Assembly (NCBI RefSeq): GCF_030144855.1
Contig: NC_082722.1
Span: forward strand, 1,736,001-1,800,000
Length of the DNA: 64,000 nt
Origin: Hypanus sabinus
Lineage: Eukaryota
Reading direction: 5' to 3'
The position numbers and the translations under genes are program-made. Under the pieces are notes generated by a model. That model saw nothing but the letters and a program-made list of their open reading frames with translations. It searched no databases and was not told where the DNA came from. Shown piece by piece: positions 1 through 10,191 of this stretch (position 1 is its first letter; every line of letters starts with the position of its first letter).

Positions 1-1096
1 GATCCTGGCTTCCCGTTTCGGGTGTCGTATCCCGTTGGGGGCAAGAGGCTGATTTCCGCTCCGGTGTCGACCAAGAAGCGGCGTCCGGACTGTTTGCCCC
101 AGACGTACAAGAGCCTGTCTTGGTGGCCGGCCGCCATAGTCATTAGCGGCAGCTGGCCCTGGCCCTGGCCCTTGCAGAGCGGGCGACAACGGCGGGCTTC
201 TGTGCCCCATCGCTGGTGGTAGAAACACCACTGTCCACTGTCCTCCTGACTCCTTCCTCTGTGTTGTGTGCGCCCCCCTGCCGGGCCTGGTCTGGTCCGC
301 TGTTGGGCGTGTGGCCTGGTAATCTGACCGACGGACGCCACGCACTCCCTCCTGGCATTCCATAGCACGTCTGCCCGGGCCGCCACCTTCCAGGGGTCGC
401 TGAAATCTGCGTCGGCCAGCAGCAGATGTATGTCCTCAGGCAGTTGCTCTCGGAACGCTTGCTCGAACATGAGGCAGGGCTTGTGTCCGTCAGCCAGGGC
501 CAGCATCTCGTTCGTCAATGCTGATAGCAGTCTGTCTCCCAAACCGTCCAGGTGAAGCAGGCGGGCACCCCGCTCACGCCATGAGAGGCCAAAGGTCCCA
601 ATGAGCAGCGCCTTGAATGCTTCATATTTGCCTTCTTCCGGGGGTGACTGCATGAAATCCGCAACCTGGGCGGCCGTCTCCTGGTCAAGGGCGCTCACCA
701 CGTGGTAGTAGCGCGTGGAATCAGAGGATATCTGCCGAATCTGGAACTGGGCTTCTGCTTGGCTAAACCACACGGGTGGTCGCAGCGTCCAGAATGTCGG
801 CAGTTCTAGCGAAACTGCGTGAACAGATGAAGAGTCGGTCATCTTTGGTCCAAATCCCGTTTGGACCGTCGGGGTTACCGATGTAGCGATGTACTGCACA
901 CAGAGCCAGAGACAACGACACACATTCGGTAAGTCGTTTCGATACTAGTTTATTCAAACTTCGCGGCGCTGGCATTTAATCTCCAGCGCCCGCCCTCTCC
1001 GGGCGGAAATGACTTCAGAGGTGCATTACCAACGTCTCTCCCCGCACGCTGGCTATTTGTGAGCCGGTTCTCCTGCGCCGAAAGTGGGTCGCCACA
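1..1096 (-). mobile_element. Gypsy-type LTR retrotransposon, 5' part (5' LTR 882-1096, PBS, gag-protease), running off the left edge of the window
   Basis: On the minus strand a 215-bp LTR (TGTGGCGA...TCGCTACA) is followed by TCGGTAACCCCGACG, a near match to the tRNA-Trp PBS TGGTGACCCCGACG, and then by an open frame from ATG 842. Confidence 0.85.
3..842 (-). CDS. Retrotransposon gag-protease ORF (partial, open to the window edge)
   Basis: Manual translation gives 280 codons without a stop: MTDSSSVHAVSLELPTFWTLRPPVWFSQAEAQF..., a Cys/His knuckle CFYHQRWGTEARRCRPLC and the aspartic protease motif FLVDTGAEIS. It is absent from the ORF track because no stop lies inside the window. Confidence 0.85.
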   Translation of the reverse strand, partial: MTDSSSVHAVSLELPTFWTLRPPVWFSQAEAQFQIRQISSDSTRYYHVVSALDQETAAQVADFMQSPPEEGKYEAFKALLIGTFGLSWRERGARLLHLDGLGDRLLSALTNEMLALADGHKPCLMFEQAFREQLPEDIHLLLADADFSDPWKVAARADVLWNARRECVASVGQITRPHAQQRTRPGPAGGRTQHRGRSQEDSGQWCFYHQRWGTEARRCRPLCKGQGQGQLPLMTMAAGHQDRLLYVWGKQSGRRFLVDTGAEISLLPPTGYDTRNGKPG

Positions 1097-1507
1097 GTAT
1101 ATTCTTTAGTTGTTTTAGTTTTCCTGAAATATCAAAACAGAAATTTAATCAAACGACGCCGGACACTTGGCGTTTCTCATTATTTTAGTTGCTGAACTGA
1201 TCAATAATATATACGTCTTTTTATATACAATAGTACAAGGCAGCAAATTGTCAGTACGGTAATATTTCAGACCTGTTTAAAGTGAAATATCTAAATGAAA
1301 TGCAGAACCTGATTATTTGGAGAGGACTGGTTCATATTAATTTGCTGAGCACGTAATATCTGAGGAAAACAGATGCCGGACCTATGGAAAAGAACATATG
1401 TGCATGTTGTCCGGTATTTCGAAAACGTGTCTCATTTACATGATTAACTTCCATTGATGGTCATACATTTCCATAGCAAAGCAAAGCAAACTCTCTCTCT
1501 CCCCCCC

Positions 1508-1757
1508 NNNNNNNNNNNNNNNNNNNNNNNNNNNNNNNNNNNNNNNNNNNNNNNNNNNNNNNNNNNNNNNNNNNNNNNNNNNNNNNNNNNNNNNNNNNNN
1601 NNNNNNNNNNNNNNNNNNNNNNNNNNNNNNNNNNNNNNNNNNNNNNNNNNNNNNNNNNNNNNNNNNNNNNNNNNNNNNNNNNNNNNNNNNNNNNNNNNNN
1701 NNNNNNNNNNNNNNNNNNNNNNNNNNNNNNNNNNNNNNNNNNNNNNNNNNNNNNNNN
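1508..1757. other. Assembly gap (250 N)
   Basis: Run of N. Confidence 1.
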
Positions 1758-2272
1758 TTGAAATGGAACTCTCTTGATTAAATACATTATACAGTGTCCT
1801 GTCAAAGATTGCTATCTATTTTAGTGTCAGCGACATTTCCTCATACAAATATAAGACGATAAAATTAGACTCACGTTTTGCCAGACCTGTGAATGTGTGT
1901 GTACGCACGCTTTTCGGATAGGCTTGGAGTACATGGATTAATCTGACATTCAGACGTAGTGTATTTTGGCAAATCTAATTCCGCGCCAGCTTCTAACTCG
2001 GCAACAGAACTGTGCAGTTTCTGAATTCCTCTATCGTTCGGGGAATTGCAGTCAGATAACTTTATCGAGGCTAACTTGAATACAACAAACATGACTGATT
2101 TCAGTAGGGGATGCCTCCGTCATAATATTTTGAGAAAACTTGCTGTGAACTGTCATAAGATTACGTGCTTCTGGTTATTACTGTTGATGAAATACTTAAC
2201 CTCTTATGCTCTGAGCAGTGCCAATAAACTACCTAAATCTTTGTTCTGTAAACTAACGAATACAGTTTGTTT

Positions 2273-3511
2273 CTGTGAAGGGGGAGTGAAGCAGGTGCAG
2301 AAAATATAGATTTCTGTTCATAAACAACATTTCGGTTAACGTGATAAATTAAACGAAACTATAATTAAATGACGGTTGTTCTAGTTCAATTGGACGATTG
2401 ATGATTTATATGAAAAAACAATGGACTGTCGAAAATGGGGGTCCTAGTTGCGGAAGGCATACACGATAAAAACAATAATATCGCGACAGAAAATAATTCT
2501 CCCGTTTAAAATTTATCTGGCATTAGTGAATCATACCAGATGCAGTGTGTGGTTATTGTATGAGCTAAACAAGGTAAAGAAATAAAATACAGGCGAATTC
2601 AAAATGCAATGAGCACTAAAGTAATAGGAAACAAAACTTGTCATTATAATAATCGGCTACATTGGAGTGAAAGGATTAATCTCACGCATCAAGGTTTTGT
2701 CAACTATTTCACCAAATTGCGTCATCAAGCCACCGTGGATAGTTGCATTCATTAATCCAAACAACCCGATGTTGCAGGCATACGTTCCAGGCTCGAAACC
2801 CAACTGTCCCATCTTTCCTATAGGCAGGTCAGCTTGCCAAGACAGGGAGTATTGAAACTAAAATGGAAAACATTTAAGAAGTGAGAACATCAAGCTTAGC
2901 AATAGAGACGGGGGGGCGGGGGGGGATGCTAATCACATTCTTTACGAGGGAAAGACTATAAGTACTGTTTACTGAAGGGATTGGTGGAAACATGTTTATT
3001 TGTTTCTGCTGATTAATTATCTGGATGCAAATAGATGAAACTTGATTAGTACGTCAGTGCAACAGAATCATAGGCAACGAGAACAGTTCAGACAGTGCAT
3101 CGCGTCCACGCCGACCATCATCGTTCAATTAGACTAAACCTACACCAATCCCATTTTATTCTGTTCACATCAAAACTAACCCATGATTACAGACCAGGAC
3201 TACTTTGAGTGACACATAAAACGTTCCAGTGGAATGTGTTTTGGAACTGAGAGAAACCCTTCTAAATGGAGGAAATCTATAGTTAAAATGTGCAAATTCC
3301 AACGAACAGTAGCAGAAATCCGCAGCAGAACCTTTATTGCAGATGCAGAACGATGGCCTTAAGTTGTAAGATAAAAATAAAACTGAAATACGTGACATAA
3401 TGCAGCTTGCAAGGCCGAATAAGCATAGATAATAAAGAATAGATACGGTGCAACGAGCAAGGACGGAATAACAGAGGAACGTTGGTTGCATGTTACTAGA
3501 TTGTCGTGCAA
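2273..3511 (+). repeat. Inverted duplication, arm 1 (pairs with 56087-57378)
   Basis: Colinear with the reverse complement of 56087-57378. The near-identical ORFs 2667..2855(+) and 56831..57019(-) lie inside it. Confidence 0.95.
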
Positions 3512-3589
3512 CATCTCCTCCACATTTCCCCCCAGCACATATGCACCACAAAGTTTTGTGTTTAGCTTCTTGCTCTTCTCGCTTTGTAC

Positions 3590-3990
3590 TTATGACTGTA
3601 TGGCTAAGCACAGCTCGAGTGCCATATGCAATTTTGCTGCTGACACCACTGAAGTGCGCCGGATCAAATGTGGCGACGACTCAGCATATTGGCGGGAGAT
3701 TGAAACTCTGGCTGTTCGGCACCACTGCCACAACCTGTTACTCAATTAATCTGATAATTGATTTCAGGAGGAGGAAATTAATGGTAGATGATGCATTCCA
3801 CCTCGGAACATCAAAGATGGAGTGGGGTCATCACAATTAAATTACTCGGTGTTCTTCTTCTAAATATTATTATATATATATATTTTTTTCTTAGCCCAAG
3901 CTGTTTAAAGCTGGGCTACGGACATTGCACACCCACCCTTCAATTGTTAGCAACTTCCGGACTATGCTGTAGTGTTTAGATATATGTCTC
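3590..3990 (+). mobile_element. Rex1/Babar-like LINE reverse-transcriptase 3' fragment, degenerate
   Basis: Frameshifted pieces AKHSSSAICNFAADTTEV..IKCGDDSAY.REIETL and LIIDFRRRK match the KFADDTTVVG..GDESAYR..KELIVDFRR pattern. Confidence 0.6.
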
Positions 3991-4080
3991 TCTGGAGAGG
4001 TGTATAAATATTGCTTTCCAGGCCTAATTGTTTAATGCTATTGTGTAGTGACATTGGAATGTACCTTTTGCATATATTAC

Positions 4081-6060
4081 TGTCATGGTCCTGTCTGGCA
4101 ATTCATCATTACCTCTTTAATTAAGCCTTAAATCCCCTTGCCTGATTTCCAATCGTTCCCAGTTCAGCAAATTACACACACCTGCTTCCCATCAGTAAAT
4201 ACAGGATAAAAGACCCTGGTAAAAACAAGAAACTGCCAGTTCGTTGGTCAACTCTAGTAGGAGTAACTCGTTTCATGGTTATTTAGGGCTGCCAGTTGTA
4301 AGTTTTGCATCGTCTCCTGGATTCTCTACGTGAACCTAGCCTCTGTATAAAGACTCGCCTGGAATCCGGCTCTCCATGTACAGTGGTGCTAACGCCTAAC
4401 CACTCTGCCTCAGCGCCTGTGTCCTGACCTGGGTTCGTCCCCAGCCACCACCTTGCAACAGAACGAACTGGCCACGAATGAACCCAGCGGACACGAACCC
4501 CGTGCAACAGACCCTCGCCAGCCAGGGCACCTATGACCAACTGCTCTTGGAGGTCACTGAAAACCTTCGTATGCTATCCACGACTGTGAGGAAGTTCGGT
4601 GAACAGGTGGACTGGGTGTCCGCTTCCCTTAAGCCGTTCGCTTCAAGAACCCCGACTGACCAAACCGCACAGCCCGGGATGGCTACGCCCCTGGGATCGG
4701 CAACACATTCCCCTCGAGAGTCGTACGTACTCGAGCCGGAACTCTACGCTGGGGGCTAAGGGAGGCGCCGGGCCTTCCAATTACAATGCTCCTTGGTCTT
4801 AGAGCTACAGCCACGTATGTACACCTCGGATAGTTCAATGATTGCGTATATCATGGGGCTGTTACGATTGGATGCCTTGGCATGGGCCACCGTGATATGG
4901 GATAACCGACCAGAGGTTTGTTCCTCCTTCCCCTCTTTTGTCTCTGAAATGCGGAAGGTCTTCATACAGCCCACTTGCGGTAAGGACGCCGCTAAACGCT
5001 TGCTGACTCGTTGCCAGGGTCCACTGAGCACTGCGAAGTACTCCATCGAGTTTCGAACCTTTGCGGCCGACTCAGGGTGAAATGACGAGGCCCTACAGGA
5101 GCTGTTCCGACAGGGCCTCTCAGCTAAGATACTAGCGGCGAGGGATGACACGGACTGCCTGGACGCTCTGATCTGTCTAGCCACCAGGCTAGATAATCGA
5201 CTTCCGGAGCGTCGGAGTGAAAAGACCAGTTGCCCCGCTCCTTGGGTCAGCCCACGTCAAACCTTACCATCTTCAACTTGCCCTAACCTCCCTCTACCCT
5301 CAGTTCCTCGCAGAGCCCCCGCTCCTGCTTTTCTGGTGAGTCAGGCGACACTCCCTTCAGTTCCCTATATCCGGATGCCGATCCCGGCTACTGTGTATTA
5401 CCAACAACAGTCCCTGTCCCTATCCGCCTTGGTGGATTCCGGTGCCGAGGGCAATCTGCTGGACGAATACATCGCTTCCAAGGCCAGAATACCTCAGGAG
5501 CCGTTAAATACCCCTCTGGAGGCCCGGGCACTAGACGGAAAACTGCTGACTCGGGTGACCCACTGTACACCGCCCCAGAAACATCGGGAGGAGGTACGAT
5601 TTGACGTTATCCATTCGCCTCACGCCCCTATAGTCCTTGGATACCCGTGTCTAAACTACCACGATCTCCACATCGTCTGGTCTACCGGGAGGATAGCTGG
5701 CTGGAGCCCATTTTGCCATGCCATCTGTCTGTGGTCGGCCCCATCTCCCAGGGAGACTACTCCCTGCCTCCGCACCGCCCGTATGATTGTGTCATCGATA
5801 TCCTCCCCAGGTCGCCTTTATAACTTATCCCGACCGGAGAGCGAGGCTATGGAAAAATACTTTAGCGAGTCTTTCGCGGCGGGCGTTATTATCCTCCCCG
5901 GTAGGCGCCGGTTTCTTCCTTGTAAAAAAGAAGGATGGGTAGCTTCGTCCTAATATTGATTACCGAGGCCTCAACAATATAACAGTTGAAAATAAGTACC
6001 CACTACCCCTCCTCAATTGGGCATTTGAACCACTTCAAGGAGCCACCATCTTCTCGAAGT
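4081..6060 (+). mobile_element. Gypsy (chromovirus/Sushi-like) LTR retrotransposon, 5' LTR plus decayed gag-pol, 3'-truncated
   Basis: LTR-like TGTCATGG...TTGCAACA (4081-4460). Gag pieces MNPADTNP.. and IAYIMGLLRLDALAWATVIWD. Protease ALVDSGAEGNLLD. The RT start [16 protein letters not shown] lies at ~5960-6010. Confidence 0.8.
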
Positions 6061-6999
6061 CAGTAAATTGCTTCAGAACTTTTGTTACGAAAGGGATGAG
6101 TAAAATAATTTATTTCTGGATTACAAATGGTCTGTAAAATTGTGAAAACAGAAAAAAAAGCACAAATGATTTAAATTCTGGACAGAACAGGAATCATCTG
6201 TGGAGAGATTCAAAGGTAGCATTATAACAATTATCAACTAGATGACAGTGGTATACTCTGTATATATTTCAGCTCGATACTCGAGCAAAGCTGTTTTTGC
6301 ATGGAGAAGATGCCAAAGGTGAATTTATAGCTTTGTTGAATAAACATTAGTATAAACAATATCCATTGTACTTGTAGCTCGTCGCTGTGTAGGTGTGTAT
6401 ATGGAGAGAGGGGTAAATGGTAAGAAAGGTTTTGGGGCTCTGCGTGCAGATAATTTTATGTCTCAATAACCATATTTTAGATTACACTGATATAGTACAG
6501 AATGAGAACTGAACGTGACGAGGTAACAACCTAGATTACACGTGACCTCAGCTTTTTCGGAAGTGCTGCAATCTCAGAATTATTTTTATTTATGATATAC
6601 CGTCAGAAGGAGAACACAAATATAATTTCAGAGTACTTTCATCACGAAGCAATTTGGAGAAACAAGAAAATAACTTTTAATGAATATAATGCGTTTAATT
6701 GCATAACCGTACAAACAAGTTCCAGCAGTTCAACAAAGCTGAAAATGTTTTGTTGATGATTTTGGCTTGAACTCAGTGTCAGAGGCTTTCCGGTTAAGTG
6801 TCCAATAATTGTCAGGCAGCATTGCTGGATTTTCAGGTTTTCTGATACCGTTTCTCCACGACGCCAACGACCCAGTGAAACCTTTCATTATGCTCGGCGC
6901 TGGCAGCGTCAAGATTTGCAAGGAAGAAGCCTAAATGTGAATGCAGACAATGAATATTTAGTGGCATGTTTTCTTGAAGCACGTTGTCAATTAGCTGAA

Positions 7000-8090
7000 T
7001 GTAATTTGATACTCTGTAGTTACTTAGTAGTTACTCTGTAGTTACTAAGAAAAAAAAATCAACAACATCCTTGAATACCAGGCATGCGGTTCTCTCTGGT
7101 CCTGCTAGAAGACCTTCGGATTGCCTGCCATGTGTGTTTGCTCTGTCAACTAACAAAAATACATTCCTTAATTTGGCATCAGTTATTCTGGGAAACATCT
7201 GTATCAAGTATAGAAATCCTTCACAGAAAAGTTTGCGTCGGGTGAGAACTGATTGCTTCTTAGGTTTTGAACCCAGCAAATTCTACTTTTGATTTTGACA
7301 AACTCAAGTCTCTGACCAGATCAGTTAACTCAGATTGAGTTATCCCATGAGGCTCACTCAACATAAAGGGTTAAAATCTGTGTCAGTATCAGTGTAATTT
7401 CCCATTCCTGGCTCGTGCATCATGGAATCTTCATTTGCCTCCTCTGGACTCCATGAGTCTTTGGTACTGGAAGACTATCGTCATGCGGCACAGATCTTGT
7501 TGCTGAAATTAGATGGAGGTATTCAATGGATGTCTTGCTTTCAGCAGAGAAGCCAGACACACGAGTCAGACAGAAGTCGCAGTTTGTCACATGATTCTTC
7601 TGCTCTCTGCATCTCATCGGGACAGCGAATGGCGCTGCCTTCCAAGCACTCAGCTGTGAAATCAACTGCGCATTTTGTGCAACAAACATAAGAGGCACAG
7701 GTTTCTTCTTGGCCGCCGACAGTACACCCCAAATAGAGCTCATAGACTTTTGTATTAAGTGGAATCATGCTCCATCTTTGAGATTTAAGCGTATAATCGC
7801 CTCAAATCTAACAGAACGTATTGCGGCTGTCCCAACACTGATTAGACATTTTGCTATCGCACATAATCCTGAAAATTCAAGTACTTTATTATGATGTGCG
7901 CACACAATGTGCTTAGCGTGTAAAGCACACACAACAACCGATTTACAGGTAAACGCAATGCATAGCACAATGTGTGCGAGATACTTTGATAGCCTTTCAA
8001 AAATCTGTCCTGCTGTGCAGCACCGGCCTTGCCTGCACATGCGCTGATAGAGCACTTTCTGCTACATTGCGGGCAACGTTGCAATTGACG
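7000..8090 (-). mobile_element. Chapaev3-type (CMC) DNA transposon remnant, internally deleted
   Basis: Minus-strand frames from ATG 7849 give MSNQC.DSRNTFC..GDYTLKSQR..YELYLGC.VG..YVCCTKC, then PFAVPMRCREQKNHVTNCDFCLTRVSGFSAESK..IEY and EGFLYLIQMFPRITDAK, a motif order I recognise as Chapaev3 transposase. Confidence 0.65.
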
Positions 8091-10040
8091 TGAACTAGGA
8101 ACTGAACTGACAAATATAGGCGATTTAAAAATGGTGGGTGATAGAGATATGTCACGGTGATTTTCATGAATAGCAGCAAAAAATTCATAAGATACACCCT
8201 AGTATATTGAGGAAGGAAAATCTTCTTTGTCCATTGTTTTTCGCTGGTTTGGCAGGCTCCTGGATTGGCTATGACTGGCTTCATAATTTTGGAATCGTTG
8301 ACATCAGTTCTGAAAAATATTTTGCTTACTTTTATTATTTTCATGATTTGTTTTATTTTTCTTGCACATTTGGTGTTTGACAGTATTATTTTTTTAATAT
8401 GTTCTATTGAGCTTCCATGTTTGCTGTCTGCCTGTAAGGAGACAATCTGAAGGCTATATATAGTATACATTCTTTTATAATAACTTTACTTTGAACTTTG
8501 AGTCAGGTAAATTTGTCCTGCTTCGAGTTATACTGGAGGCAGATCACGGTGCAAGAGGAGAGAAAGGAAGGTAAAATTCAGAAACTGTAAGATGTTGAAG
8601 TTCACAAGTCGGATGGCGGCCGTGGAGAGATATATGAATACGTATCTACTTATACGACAGTTGAACCGTTCCTTAGCACGTGGATTCCTTATGGGATGGC
8701 CTCTTGCCCTCACAATCTTCCTCATAATGGCCTTGTACTTTATTGTCTGCCTGTTATAATGGCACGCAAAATAAAGATTTTCATCTTACCTCAGCGCAGG
8801 TGAGAAATGAAAGGGAAGACTGCTCATCGGAAATTGCTAATTTGTTATTCCTTTGTTATCTTTATTTATATTTCCAGTATATACACAGTCTGTTCTATTT
8901 TCGACTGCTGTATCAAAGTTGCCCTCTCCATCACGGTCATTTTTAGATTAAGCTCAGGTCAGACGGAGATTATTCAATGATATAAAGTGTTACAATACAC
9001 ACTGAATCAGAAGCGGCATATCCATGCCTTGCGACAGCGATGTCACTTTAAAGTTACGTAATATTGCACAGAATCACAATAATTGATCAACTTGCAAAAA
9101 CCGAATTTAATATAGTCAAGTTATTCATGATAACTTATTAGCAGAATTACACTTACTTCTGTTCGTTGCATTGGTTATGAAAGGAACATGGATAATAGTC
9201 GTCAAAAAGAAGAGGCTTCAGTTCGATCGGACGGACGGTTCGGTTGACCGTTAATTTAATCACACGCTTCTTTTGCCTTCATAAGTAGGCAGGAAGTAGT
9301 TTATTTCCGTAGTGACCGTTCCGACATCGAACCATTTTTACAAAACATGGGGTTATTAGCTGCAGTTAATGTAGATGGTCATTGAACAACTATGACAAAG
9401 ACTCTAGAACCGTCTCAAGTGAAAAAAAAGCAATGGAACCGATCCAAAGACATATTTTGCGGTGGGAAGTCAATGGATGATAATTCGGTAAATGTCTCCT
9501 TCCCCCACTCCCCATCTGTATCCTGTGCCTTCCGACTGTTTCTTCTTCTTCGGTTCTCCGAGGTGAATTCGACTAAAGGCTGATCTAACACTCCCACTGC
9601 TTGATTGACTCTTAATTCTGTGAAACACTTCGATTTATTACTTTCAGTTTCTGAAAACGGCCTCCAGGAAATATCAAACTGAAGCTGTGATCGATGTCTT
9701 CTTCCCAGTTTAGATGGTATTTTAGCTTTCCCCATTCTTGTCAAGGAATTCTTGTCCAAGTACACTGCCCATCTGGTGAGAAAGCTGTGTGATCATTTCA
9801 CCTTTACTCCAAAGAGGCACAACTGGACGCAGCTAAATGCGGCTGACAAATTGTAGGAAATTCCTTATTATTTAAACACCTGCCCTCATTAATTATAAAC
9901 CCTGCGTAAATGTACATGAGTTAAAATATTTATTGGAGAATTCCTTTTAAGGTATGTGCATTAACGTTGAAGTCGTTGGAATTAATAATCGTGTAATTAC
10001 TGCAAAGCCAGTCATATTCTCGACAAAAAAAAACATCTGA

Positions 10041-10048
10041 TTGCGTCA
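10041..10048 (+). promoter_or_regulatory. Candidate CRE/ATF half-site (TTGCGTCA) about 100 bp upstream of the gene A ATG
   Basis: CGTCA at 10044-10048. The same half-site lies in the same orientation 106-110 bp upstream of the gene B ATG. Confidence 0.35.
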
Positions 10049-10145
10049 TCATCTGCGAAATTAAATGAGTTCATATTTAAATCAATTTCCAGTGGATAAA
10101 AAGACGGTATCGTTGTCTTATAGCCAGTCAGTTGCATTTCTAAAC

Positions 10146-10191
10146 ATGCTCTCATTTTCATCGTTTTTGGTCGTTGAGCTTCTTTGTTCTG
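10146..10191 (+). CDS. Gene A exon 1: signal peptide
   Basis: 46-nt exon ATG...TCT G|gtacgt encoding MLSFSSFLVVELLCS, phase 1. Same length as the gene B leader. Confidence 0.75.

Noticed and set aside
1454-1805. ORFs spanning the N run (also 28040-28477)
   Set aside because: Open only because N codons contain no stops.
2667-2855. 62-aa ORF duplicated at 56831-57019 as a small gene
   Set aside because: It starts at GTG, has no recognisable domain or splice context, and its conservation is explained by the near-identical repeat core.
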